The translations under genes and the position numbers were made by a program. Below are positions 35,400-45,200 of a stretch of DNA of 64,000 bases, one piece after another. Where the stretch lies: positions 1-64,000 of the IMG/VR virus record IMGVR_UViG_3300030012_001663, one strand, 5' to 3'. A model generated the notes under the pieces. It was not told the origin of the DNA and did no database searches. It saw nothing but the letters and a program-made list of their open reading frames with translations. The number at the start of each line of letters is the position of its first letter. The stretch's first letter is position 1. The DNA comes from a virus.

Positions 35400-35763
35400 T
35401 GTTCTTCTTTCTATAGTAATGTTTAGTAATCTGATATAATATTATACCTGACATCATTATAGTAGTTAACCATATCCAGGCAAAAGGATTAATCATAACA
35501 CCTGAAAGACACAAGTAGATGTTTACAAAAACTGAAAATATGAAGGAGCCATAAGCTAAAGATTTTCTAACTCTTAAGTTATGAATGCATGTGGATTTGA
35601 TAAGGGCAAGTCCTAGAAGAATACTAGGTACAACTAAATAAAGTTTAAACCCTAAAGATAAAGTAGAAATCATTGGGAATAGGATAGCCCAAATAAACCC
35701 CAAAATAAGTTCAAGGGGTTCAGAATCATAATAGGTAAAAATATTTACTACTTTTTTAATCAT
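35383..35763 (-). CDS. Multi-pass membrane protein
   Basis: About four hydrophobic segments. Confidence 0.65.
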   Translation of the reverse strand: MIKKVVNIFTYYDSEPLELILGFIWAILFPMISTLSLGFKLYLVVPSILLGLALIKSTCIHNLRVRKSLAYGSFIFSVFVNIYLCLSGVMINPFAWIWLTTIMMSGIILYQITKHYYRKKNNAELR

Positions 35764-35872
35764 TACAGAAATATAAACACTATATTTGTGACTAGGTGTT
35801 ATGCTTAGTCCTATAAATAATATACAAATTTATTTGGATATTATAAACTTAAACACTTTAAATTTTATATAT

Positions 35873-36064
35873 ATGAATGCAATAGAACAAGATGAAAGTG
35901 GATTTGGATTCCACTTTAATTTATTACCCCCAGAGAGTTTATTAGGTTTTAAAACCATCAACTGTGAAGTACGTTGTAAAGATGAAGAATGGAGATCACT
36001 AAAAGGTCTTGAAGTAGGATTTTTGTTTTTCACTTTAACTTTTAAATATATTCCCTGGAAATAA
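35873..36064 (+). CDS. 63-aa beta-rich mini-protein
   Basis: ATG 35873; resembles ORFs 34504 and 42127. Confidence 0.55.
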   Translation: MNAIEQDESGFGFHFNLLPPESLLGFKTINCEVRCKDEEWRSLKGLEVGFLFFTLTFKYIPWK

Positions 36065-36065
36065 T

Positions 36066-36140
36066 TTGTAAGGCACATCAATTTTTCTTAAATTGAATAT
36101 AGTGAATAACAAGCAGTATGACCCTAGGGCTGTACTGCTT
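36066..36140 (+). promoter_or_regulatory. nrdB promoter (TTG-N20-TAAATTGA) and leader hairpin
   Basis: Promoter 36066-36096; AAGCAGTAT/GTACTGCTT stem 36111-36140. Confidence 0.45.
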
Positions 36141-36170
36141 TCTTGTCTTAACTCATAAATACTTAATAGA

Positions 36171-37151
36171 ATGAATAAAAATATCTTTGAACCACGCACT
36201 AATATCCTGCCTTATGAATACCCACAACTACTAGAGTATAAAGACGCCATAAGGCATTCTTATTGGATAGATACAGAATACAATTTTACTGAAGACATTA
36301 GTGACTTTATGACTAGAGTCAACTCAATGGAAAGAGAAGCAATTAAAAGGACTATGCTTGCTATTGCACAGATAGAAGTTAATGTCAAAACTTTTTGGGG
36401 TGACTTGTATAAACGTATGCCTATCACAGAAATTGGTGATGTTGGATTTACTTTTGCTGAATCAGAGGTAAGACACAAAGATGCTTATGCTAGACTTCTC
36501 AGAATACTTGGATTAGAAGAAGAGTTTAAGAACGTTATAAAAGAGCCTGCTATTGAAGGTAGGCTTAAGTACTTAAAGAAGTACTTAGATGGTACAAGAT
36601 CTAGAGATAATAAAATGTATACTAAATCTGTTTTATTATTCTCTCTATTTATAGAACATGTTAGTTTATTTAGCCAGTTTCTTATCATGATGTCTTTTAA
36701 CAAAGAGAAAAATATATTTAAAGGTATTTCTAATGTTGTTGAAGCTACATCTAAAGAAGAAGATATACATGGTAACTTTGGTGCTGAATTAATTAATATT
36801 ATTAAAAGTGAAAACCCTGAGTGGTTTGATGCAGAGTTTGAAGAACTAATATACTCTGCATGTAGAAAAGCATACAAAGCAGAATGTGGTATTGTTGATT
36901 GGATCTTTGAACAAGGTGAGTTAAACTTCTTACCTAAGAATACTATATTCAATTTCATAAAGAATAGATTTAATAATTCACTTAAAAAAATAGGTATGAA
37001 CCCAATCTTTGATGTGGATGATGCTATACTTATGGATACTATGTGGTTTGAGGTTGAGATTACTTCTACCAAAGAAGGAGACTTCTTCTATAAAAAGTCT
37101 ATAGATTATAATAAAAAGAGTAAGAGCATCACTGTTGATGACTTATTTTAA
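36171..37151 (+). CDS. nrdB: Ribonucleotide reductase class I beta subunit
   Basis: Di-iron motifs QIEV, ESEVRHKDAY, FIEHVSLFSQF, KEEDIH; DFFYK..DY tail. Confidence 0.95.
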   Translation: MNKNIFEPRTNILPYEYPQLLEYKDAIRHSYWIDTEYNFTEDISDFMTRVNSMEREAIKRTMLAIAQIEVNVKTFWGDLYKRMPITEIGDVGFTFAESEVRHKDAYARLLRILGLEEEFKNVIKEPAIEGRLKYLKKYLDGTRSRDNKMYTKSVLLFSLFIEHVSLFSQFLIMMSFNKEKNIFKGISNVVEATSKEEDIHGNFGAELINIIKSENPEWFDAEFEELIYSACRKAYKAECGIVDWIFEQGELNFLPKNTIFNFIKNRFNNSLKKIGMNPIFDVDDAILMDTMWFEVEITSTKEGDFFYKKSIDYNKKSKSITVDDLF

Positions 37152-37162
37152 AACCAAAATAA

Positions 37163-38788
37163 ATGGAGTACACTAAATACTATTGGCTGAATGAAGACAG
37201 CCGTAAATTTTTATCAAGAGGATATATATCAGAGGAACCAGAACAAAGAATAAAAGACATAGCAAATACTGCAGAAAAGTATTTGAATATGCCAGGCTTT
37301 GCACAGAAGTTTGAAAACTATATGTCAAAAGGTTTCTATAGTTTATCTACACCAGTATGGATAAACTTTGGTAAGCAAAAAGGTTTACCTATTAGTTGCT
37401 ACGGATCAAACATAGATGATAATCTAGATAGCATACTAAATGCTGGACGTGAAATAGGCATGATGTCTAAGTATGGTGGTGGTACTAGTTGTTACTTAGG
37501 TAATATTAGACCAAGAGGATCTGAAATTAGTACAGGAGGCCATGCTGATGGTCCTGTACACTATGCTAGAATATATGATACAGTTGTTGATGTGTGTAAA
37601 CAATCTGAAGCAAGGCGTGGGGCGTGTGCTGCATACTTACCTTTAGAGCACCCAGACATCATGGAGTTCTTAGATATTGGTACTGAGGGAAACCCTATAC
37701 AAAACTTACAGTATGGTGTTACTGTGACCAATAACTGGATGGAGCAGATGCGGGCTGGAGATAAAGACAAACGTAAAGTGTGGGCTAAAGTCATTCAAAG
37801 AAGAAGTGAATTTGGTTTTCCTTACATAATGTTTAAGGACAACTCTAATGATAACTCTCCTTATAAAGAGATTGGTATGGAGATCACCGCATCTAATTTA
37901 TGTTCTGAGATACAACTACCAACAGACACCTATAACTCTTTTGTTTGTTGTCTTGGTTCTATTAACCTATTACACTGGGATGAGATCCTAAAGACTGATG
38001 CAATAGAAACATATGTGTTCTTCCTTAATGCTGTTATGGATGAGTTTATCAAAAAGGCTGAAGTAAAAGCTGGACTAAAAAGAGCATATAACTTTGCTAA
38101 ACAACACAGAGCTATAGGTTTAGGTGTTCTTGGATACCATAGTTTATTCCAATCAAAGCTTATTGAGTTTGAGTCACTTGCAGCTAAACAACTCAATAAT
38201 CATATATTTAAGCATTTAAAAGAAGTATCTGATAATGCATCTAGATGGTTGTATGAACACAGAGGCTACAGGTCCTTGCGTGAAGGTTTTGCAAATACAA
38301 CACTAATGGCTATTGCGCCTACTAAATCTAGTTCATTTATACACGGTGCAGTATCTATGGGTATTGAACCAATCAAGTCCAACTACTTTATTAAAGATCT
38401 TGCTAAATCAAAAACTGTTTATAAAAATCCTTTCTTAGAGTGTGAATTAGAAAAGTATGGATTAAATAATAAAAAGACTTGGGATAGTATACTTAAGAAA
38501 GATGGGTCTGTTCAACACTTAGACTTTCCTACTAAGGCTGTATTTAAGTCATTTGTAGAGATAACACCAAAAGAGTTAGTTCTTCAAGCGGCACAAAGAC
38601 AAAAGTATATTGATCAATCACAGTCACTAAACTTAATGATACACCCTTCTGTTCCAGCAAAAGATATAAACGCTTTGTATATATATGCATATGAAGAAGG
38701 TGTAAAAACATTATACTATCAGTTTAGTCAAAACTCAGCTCAAGCATTCTCCAGAAATATCTTAGAGTGTGCAAGTTGTGAAGGCTAA
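37163..38788 (+). CDS. nrdA: Ribonucleotide reductase class I alpha subunit (short, no ATP cone)
   Basis: LPISCY, RRGACAAYL, SNLCSEI, AIAPT, DQSQSLN, KTLYY, CASCEG. Confidence 0.95.
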   Translation: MEYTKYYWLNEDSRKFLSRGYISEEPEQRIKDIANTAEKYLNMPGFAQKFENYMSKGFYSLSTPVWINFGKQKGLPISCYGSNIDDNLDSILNAGREIGMMSKYGGGTSCYLGNIRPRGSEISTGGHADGPVHYARIYDTVVDVCKQSEARRGACAAYLPLEHPDIMEFLDIGTEGNPIQNLQYGVTVTNNWMEQMRAGDKDKRKVWAKVIQRRSEFGFPYIMFKDNSNDNSPYKEIGMEITASNLCSEIQLPTDTYNSFVCCLGSINLLHWDEILKTDAIETYVFFLNAVMDEFIKKAEVKAGLKRAYNFAKQHRAIGLGVLGYHSLFQSKLIEFESLAAKQLNNHIFKHLKEVSDNASRWLYEHRGYRSLREGFANTTLMAIAPTKSSSFIHGAVSMGIEPIKSNYFIKDLAKSKTVYKNPFLECELEKYGLNNKKTWDSILKKDGSVQHLDFPTKAVFKSFVEITPKELVLQAAQRQKYIDQSQSLNLMIHPSVPAKDINALYIYAYEEGVKTLYYQFSQNSAQAFSRNILECASCEG

Positions 38789-38809
38789 TAAAATTAATAC
38801 TTGACAGAT

Positions 38810-38841
38810 AAGAACCGGTTAGAAATGGCCGGTTCTTTTTT
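38810..38841 (+). terminator. Rho-independent terminator after nrdA
   Basis: AAGAACCGGTTA-GAAA-TGGCCGGTTCTTTTTT. Confidence 0.85.
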
Positions 38842-38880
38842 GTTTACACATATTTAATTTGTATATTATAGTATAAACCA
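38840..38880 (+). promoter_or_regulatory. Promoter of the envelope cassette (TTG-N19-TATATTAT)
   Basis: Directly after the terminator; TTTGTATATTATAGTATAAACCA. Confidence 0.55.
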
Positions 38881-38911
38881 ACTCAAGATTATTAACATAA
38901 AAATAGTAATT

Positions 38912-39286
38912 ATGAGTTTTCTTAAAGATAAAGAACTAAGAGGATACCTTGGTGCAGCCACTGTATTCTTATTAGTAATGGGTCTTCTACTCTTCTTAGC
39001 ATTTTTTGAAATACCTGATACAAACAATGATATATTCAAAGTTATTGTAGGTATGCTTGTTGGCTCACTATCTGTTGTTATCTATACTTTTATAGGTAAA
39101 AACCCAGAAGAAGTTGAGTCACTTAAAGCTAAGAATGAAGCATTAGAAGATAAAGTCAGTCAGATGGTGATAGAAAAAGATAAATTAGAGCTTTTACTCA
39201 GAGACCTACAAACAGAGGTTATTGATAAGCTATCTCTTACAGGAGAGCATTTTGCCTTTTCATCACTTGAAGAAGATGAAGAATAG
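38912..39286 (+). CDS. Two-TM plus coiled-coil membrane protein
   Basis: Two hydrophobic helices around EIPDTNNDIF, then heptads. Confidence 0.7.
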   Translation: MSFLKDKELRGYLGAATVFLLVMGLLLFLAFFEIPDTNNDIFKVIVGMLVGSLSVVIYTFIGKNPEEVESLKAKNEALEDKVSQMVIEKDKLELLLRDLQTEVIDKLSLTGEHFAFSSLEEDEE

Positions 39287-39668
39287 AATAAAACTTTTTA
39301 CACTTGTATTTGTATTATGCAATATTATGCATGCACAGCAAATACCTGAAGATAAAAAATTACACTTTGCTGCTGGTAGTATTATAGGTGCAGCAGGTTA
39401 TGTCTGGTCTTATCAAAAACATCAAGATAAAACTAGAGCAATGATAACAGGAATATGTTTAGCATTTGCAGCAGGTGTAACAAAAGAAATGTATGACGGA
39501 CAGATAAAAGGTGGGTACGTAGAACTAGGTGATATAGCCGCAACAACATTAGGAGGAATAACATGGAGTGTTACAATACCACTGTTTCAAGAAAAAAGAA
39601 AATATTATAAATTTAAACCTGATAGGAAAAAAAGAAAGCCCAAATCTAAAAGAAAGTGTGGCAGATAA
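39276..39668 (+). CDS. YfiM/DUF2279-like membrane protein
   Basis: Signal peptide; EDKKLHFAAG, AGVTKEMYD, GDIAATTLGG; ATG 39276. Confidence 0.65.
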   Translation: MKNRIKLFTLVFVLCNIMHAQQIPEDKKLHFAAGSIIGAAGYVWSYQKHQDKTRAMITGICLAFAAGVTKEMYDGQIKGGYVELGDIAATTLGGITWSVTIPLFQEKRKYYKFKPDRKKRKPKSKRKCGR

Positions 39669-39684
39669 AATTAAATTAAATAAC

Positions 39685-40905
39685 ATGAAACAACTACTTA
39701 CAATTATACTAGCATTATTCTTTGTTACAGATTCTAATGCTCAATTCTTTAAAGAGTTATATAAAGACTTTTTAAAGTATGGAACCGTCTATGCTGCTGG
39801 TGATTATAGATCAGCATATGAGACATCAGATAAAAAATATTTAATTAGAACACCAGACGGTGCTGGTATATATGATGTACCTGAAGTAGTAGATGTAACG
39901 GAATACTTCCCTGCAGACTACAGATATGGTTTTGGTATCCGTAAACTTGCACGTTTTGACTATGAAAGAAAGCCAGGAAACTTTTGGACTGGAGATCAAA
40001 ATAGAGAGAGACAAAACGGATTGCTTGCACCTACCTCTGCTATAAAAGGATTTGAATATCTATTCCACTGGGAGAAAGAGAGACGCAGAGGAGAAGAATG
40101 GGACAATGAAAGATTCTTCATTAGACATACAGGTAAATATCATATTGTAAAGCTTGAGCAAAGATACCAAGGTGCATATGATTTTAACTATCAGTCTGCT
40201 GATGTAAGAGCTAGAATACCTATTGGTAAAAAGTTTGCTTTATCTTTAGGTGCTGCATATAGAACACATGAAAGAGTATATGGTGTAAACCCTTATGAGA
40301 TCTGGGTTAGCGCTTTAAATGATGATGGTTCACAAGCTAACTACTGGTATGAGCTTGCCTATGAGTATGGTTATCAGGATGCTTTCTATGCTACTACTAT
40401 TGTAAATCCACAAACCGGAGAAGAAGAAGAAATATTTGGATACTTCTGGTGGGATCCTCAAGGAAATAGAATTGCATCATCTGATTTACAATTCAGAGAT
40501 GGTCCATATAAAAGATTAATATCAAAATATAATAGAGATATATTAGGAGAAACTTCACAGTTTGGTTTGGTTAGTCCTGTAGTGGGATTTGACTTTTATC
40601 ATTATGATAGCAAGTTTTGGATTCACTTATATGGTACAGCATACTTACCTTATCACAAGTATGTCAAAGGAGATAAAGATGACTATGGTAGAGTACCTTT
40701 ATCTTATCTATTCAGAAACAGTTGGGATCAGTATGGTCTAGCTGATGCAGCAAAAGGAGAGCAATGGTGGGATTATCAAGGTGGTGCTAATATTGGAATC
40801 AAAATTGGTAAGTCAATAGGAATCTTTGCTGACGCAGAATATACTAGAATGTGGGATTCAGAGTTTTTTATAACATCATTTGGAATAAATTATACATTTA
40901 GATAA
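39685..40905 (+). CDS. Secreted, probable outer-membrane beta-barrel protein
   Basis: Sec signal MKQLLTIILALFFVTDSNA; amphipathic aromatic strands; C-terminus FGINYTFR; ATG 39685. Confidence 0.6.
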   Translation: MKQLLTIILALFFVTDSNAQFFKELYKDFLKYGTVYAAGDYRSAYETSDKKYLIRTPDGAGIYDVPEVVDVTEYFPADYRYGFGIRKLARFDYERKPGNFWTGDQNRERQNGLLAPTSAIKGFEYLFHWEKERRRGEEWDNERFFIRHTGKYHIVKLEQRYQGAYDFNYQSADVRARIPIGKKFALSLGAAYRTHERVYGVNPYEIWVSALNDDGSQANYWYELAYEYGYQDAFYATTIVNPQTGEEEEIFGYFWWDPQGNRIASSDLQFRDGPYKRLISKYNRDILGETSQFGLVSPVVGFDFYHYDSKFWIHLYGTAYLPYHKYVKGDKDDYGRVPLSYLFRNSWDQYGLADAAKGEQWWDYQGGANIGIKIGKSIGIFADAEYTRMWDSEFFITSFGINYTFR

Positions 40906-41186
40906 TGGCAAAGCAATTAGGAGAAGATACTAAGGTTACACTTGATCTTAAAACATTAGGAATGATTGGTGCTGGGATAGCGTCACTAGTGGGTATGTGG
41001 TTTGCTCTGCAATCAGATATTCAAGAAGCTAAAGAACTACCAGCTCCTGTTATTGATAGAATTGAATATGACCTTAAAGATGAGTTAGTGCGTCAAACTA
41101 TAATGGACACACAAGATGACGTTGATGATATCAAAGATAAACTAGATAAGATAGATCAACGTTTGTATGAACTACAACAAAGGTAG
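40905..41186 (+). CDS. Single-TM coiled-coil protein
   Basis: TM 17-34 followed by heptads; TAATG coupling. Confidence 0.7.
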   Translation: MAKQLGEDTKVTLDLKTLGMIGAGIASLVGMWFALQSDIQEAKELPAPVIDRIEYDLKDELVRQTIMDTQDDVDDIKDKLDKIDQRLYELQQR

Positions 41187-41188
41187 AT

Positions 41189-41587
41189 ATGAAAAACATT
41201 ATAACTTTACTACTATTACTACTACCGTTTATTTCTTTTTCACAAGAGTGGGTTGATGATCAATCAATTGATAAAGTATTAAACTCAAAGAGTGCTTTTG
41301 GTGATGATGAGTCTAAGATAATAGTTATAGAATTTTGGGCTAAGTTTAATGAAGCAAATGCTTTTAGTGACTGGTCTAAAATTAATGAAGATTATTACAG
41401 AGTAGATATTGGTAAAGCACCTAGTGCAAAAAAGAAATATAGAGTAAGAATGGCCCCTACCATAATTATATTTAAAGATGGAGTGGCTGAGGAAAGCTTC
41501 AAGGCAGGTCTAGATTTAGAATGTCCTGTAAGCTTGGAAGAATTGCAAGAAGCAATTAAAGAGGTTAAAACCGCGGGAGCATTTTAA
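41189..41587 (+). CDS. Exported thioredoxin-fold protein lacking CxxC
   Basis: Signal peptide; VIEFWAKFN, YRVDI, KKYRVRMAPTIIIFKDG. Confidence 0.7.
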   Translation: MKNIITLLLLLLPFISFSQEWVDDQSIDKVLNSKSAFGDDESKIIVIEFWAKFNEANAFSDWSKINEDYYRVDIGKAPSAKKKYRVRMAPTIIIFKDGVAEESFKAGLDLECPVSLEELQEAIKEVKTAGAF

Positions 41588-41596
41588 ATTAAAAAA

Positions 41597-42130
41597 ATGA
41601 AAAAATTATTACTAATATTATTGTGTTTCTTTGTTTTTACAAGTTGTGAAAAAGAAGAAATATTACCTTCAATTGAAATGAGTTTAGATGGACAATCATT
41701 TGATCCTTATGATAGATACGCACAAATCAAAACATTTGCTGGTAAAAAAAATGAAGCTGATACAGTAAAGAAAATCTTTATTCTTTATCTACAAGTAGAT
41801 GATGGAGAACCAAGATTAGATAGACAACACTTTGCTTTATACTGTTTGGATTCAGATGCAAATGATGATAACAAACTATTAGACTTAGGTAATTACACTT
41901 GGGAAAACCCAGATAATAAGTTTGCTGGTGTTGAGATACCTGGTGATCAAGAGTATGTTGTTTGGAATAGCGTGGATGTTTTAAGTGTGAGCAACGGTAT
42001 TTCTTTGCAGGCACAAGGAGAGTTTTTTAATCCTTATGTTCAAAGGAATATGACTGTTGACTTAAGACTAGAAAATTGGCCAATAGGTTTAGATGTAGAT
42101 GCTACTCCTTATGGGTACTTGCTAGACTAG
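41597..42130 (+). CDS. Lipoprotein
   Basis: MKKLLLILLCFFVFTSC lipobox followed by EKEE (Bacteroidota export-signal-like). Confidence 0.75.
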   Translation: MKKLLLILLCFFVFTSCEKEEILPSIEMSLDGQSFDPYDRYAQIKTFAGKKNEADTVKKIFILYLQVDDGEPRLDRQHFALYCLDSDANDDNKLLDLGNYTWENPDNKFAGVEIPGDQEYVVWNSVDVLSVSNGISLQAQGEFFNPYVQRNMTVDLRLENWPIGLDVDATPYGYLLD

Positions 42131-42261
42131 CCCCATCTCCAAGAAAGACAGAATACTATCATATAGAGATTGAACTCATTCCAATCATCTTCATGTTCTT
42201 TTGGCATATACTGTATTCCTACTAATGGTCCGTGTGCTAATGCTATTATTTTAAAATCCAT
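42127..42261 (-). CDS. 44-aa beta-rich mini-protein (not in ORF track)
   Basis: MDFKIIALAHGPLVGIQYMPKEHEDDWNEFNLYMIVFCLSWRWG; TAATG-coupled to ORF 42261. Confidence 0.6.
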   Translation of the reverse strand: MDFKIIALAHGPLVGIQYMPKEHEDDWNEFNLYMIVFCLSWRWG

Positions 42262-45200
42262 TAATCTATATAAAAGTCTTGTCTCTTAAGGAAACCTTCC
42301 CATTTTTGTATGGTGTATAATGCAGGTATAGCATCAAACCATTCTTTTCTCATCTTGAGCATTCCTTTCTTAGGTCTATTCTGATAATATAACTGAGAGT
42401 TATTCATCATGTTATATCTCTCCATTGGAGATATTGTAAACCTAGCTTCATTATCTGTTGCTCTTGTTAAGAATGCTCCAGTGTTTGCAAGAGTATATCT
42501 TGTAGTTGCTTGTAGTGCTTCACCTATAGCTCCTAATGTTCTTGTTGATGCAATTGGATCACTAATCATTTCTCCCATTTGTACAAGACCATCTGGCACT
42601 ACCGGCATAAACATTACAAGTTCACTGTAGGTTCTATCTGTTTGATAAATAGCCAAGTTCTTTAGTCTCTTAAGTGTTGGGTTATCATCATCGTCATCAT
42701 CAAATAATCCAAGGAGTATATTCTTAAGCATTAATGTTGCTAACACCATAGATATATCAGCCATGGTTCTTTGGAAACCAAATATTTTATTTTCTATTTT
42801 CTGATCTACTTGCTCACTTACTTCACCATAACCTCTCTCCTTCATAAAGCCTTCTTTATATGTAGCTACATTTAAATTAAGCTTTCCAAGTTGTTTAGTT
42901 ATATAGGCCATCATTTCCCACCATGACTTATATCTACCTTCCATCCATCCTAGATTCTCATCAAAGTATTCTCTCTGGAATCTTGCTCTGATAGCAGGTG
43001 CAACCCATTTGTGGAATTGTGCAAGAAGTTGTCCCAAGTTTCTTCTCTGGATAACCATTCTATCTTCTCTAGCATAGTTACCATGAATTTGCTTATTAAC
43101 TTCACGGATCTTCATTCTTGTATCAAACCTAAAGTTTTCTGTAAACTCTTTCTTTATTTCTTTAGGATTCTCTATTCCTTTTGTCTCAACAATAGTATCA
43201 TAACCTTCTTTTAGCTTTGCAGTTTGTGTTTTAGAATCAAACTCATAAGCATCAAAAAGATTAAGTCTTTCTCCTGTAGAACTGTTTTCTATTATAGTAT
43301 CCATTAATAAAGCCATACCAACAGTAGTCTGTACTTTATATTCCGCTGCATCCTGTAATGAATAACCAAATGCTTTTATATTATCTAATGAGAAAAAGTT
43401 TGTGTTTAGAGCATCATTACCTTGTATATTCTCACGGATATCAGCATCTGCATCCATCATTTGAAATTGCATAGCTAATGCTTCCCATTTAGTCATGGGT
43501 AATCTTGGGTCATATCTTTGCCCAGCACCTCTTGATGCAGCGTATGCTGTTCTTTTAATCATACTTTGTCCAATCTGACCTAAGTAAAATTCTTTATTTG
43601 CTCTGAGATAGCTTGATCTAGTATAGAATCTACCACCTAATGCTTCTATTGTATTGTTGACAGATGCAATTGCTAAGTTGTTTAAGTTACCTATAGCGTT
43701 GAATGCTACATAAGATAAAGAAGAATATGATATTAATTGTTGAACTGCTTTATCTGCTACTGTTCTATTAATTTCATCTGAGTTGTAATAAACCATTTTA
43801 AACCAAGCCTTGACTCTTTTTACAGTATTAGATTCTTCTTGTGTCTCTGAACCTTTTTTACCCACCATTCTAAGAGCAGCATTACCTACTGCATCAGCAC
43901 CTTTTGATACAGCTCTTCTTAGAGTTCCTGTTTTAGTATCTGCATCATAATAAGTTCTATCTTCAACAATAGTTTTTATAGCTTTCAAAGTATCACTTAT
44001 ATCATCCATCTGCTGATAGTTTTCAGCCATTGCTGTAAACTTAATTAAGCTATCAGCAAAGTCCATACTAATCTCATCAGCACCAGGTTTACCAAGAAGG
44101 GTTTGAACCTCAGCTTTTGCTATACCTATTTCTTTTTCATACTGATATTTTTTAATCTTACCTTGTTTGTATTGTAATTTTATAGCTTCAACTTTTTCTT
44201 CAGCAGCTTTTAGTTTTTTCTCATCTGCAGGTCTACCTACAAATAGTATAGGTAGAGAGTCAATTAAGTTTCCATTATCATCAACTGATACTCTTCTAAA
44301 TTTACTAGTTGTTGAAAAACCTTTTTTGAGCCAGTCTGCTTTATTACGTATCCATGCTTCAAAACCTAATTTAGTTCCTGCTTGATTCTTAGCATGAGAT
44401 ATCATCTTACCTCTCACTAATGGTGCTCTACCTAACATCTGATCTCTAACAGCCATAGGTAGTTTTTTAAGCATATCATCATATCTCTCTGTATATGCCA
44501 TATAGAAATCTCTTTGTGCTCTACCCAGTGCATCTGTAGGATTCATTATCTTGTTATACTTTTCACTAGTCATAACTTTACCACTACGTGTGGTTTCTTT
44601 AGCTACTCTGTATTTTCTTTTTGGGTAGTAAGAAGTACCTGGAATAAGTCTACCAGTTGGTTCTCCATTCTTTTTTTCCATGAATAGAGCGTCTTCTTTC
44701 TGATCCTGATATTTTAATCTAAACTCTGCTTGCTCTTCTGGAGAAACACCGGGTTTAAATATCCAATATCCATGAGCACCTGATGGTACAAACGTTTGAT
44801 ATCTTGCTCTTATATCTTTCCACTCTTGTGTATATTCATGAAACTCTCCGTCTACAAGTTTACCGTCTTCTATAGTCTCTGCTCTCCAAAAATCAGCATA
44901 TGCTTGTTTCTTTTGATATAAATCTAAGTTATGTTTAATATCAGCTGGGTCAGCTGTTTCTAGATCATCAATCATTACATACTCAATAGGATCACCATTA
45001 TCATACTTTAAAGCATCTCTAAGTCTATCCGCTTGCAAGTAATATTGTTGACCTAATTTTCTAATTGTAAGTCCTGTAAATCTACCATCCTCATCCATTT
45101 CAGCCATAAACTCATAAATCTTTCTTGGATCTTGAGTACCTGTAAGTTTTGCTAGTCTATTACCCAGACTTCTAATTTCTGCATTTAATGCTTCAGCTCT

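Noticed and set aside
20947-38788. Introns or inteins in polB, nrdA or nrdB
   Set aside because: The genes are contiguous, of compact length, and lack intein or homing-endonuclease motifs
41189-41587. Thioredoxin acting as the RNR reductant
   Set aside because: It has a signal peptide, no CxxC, and lies beyond the nrdA terminator
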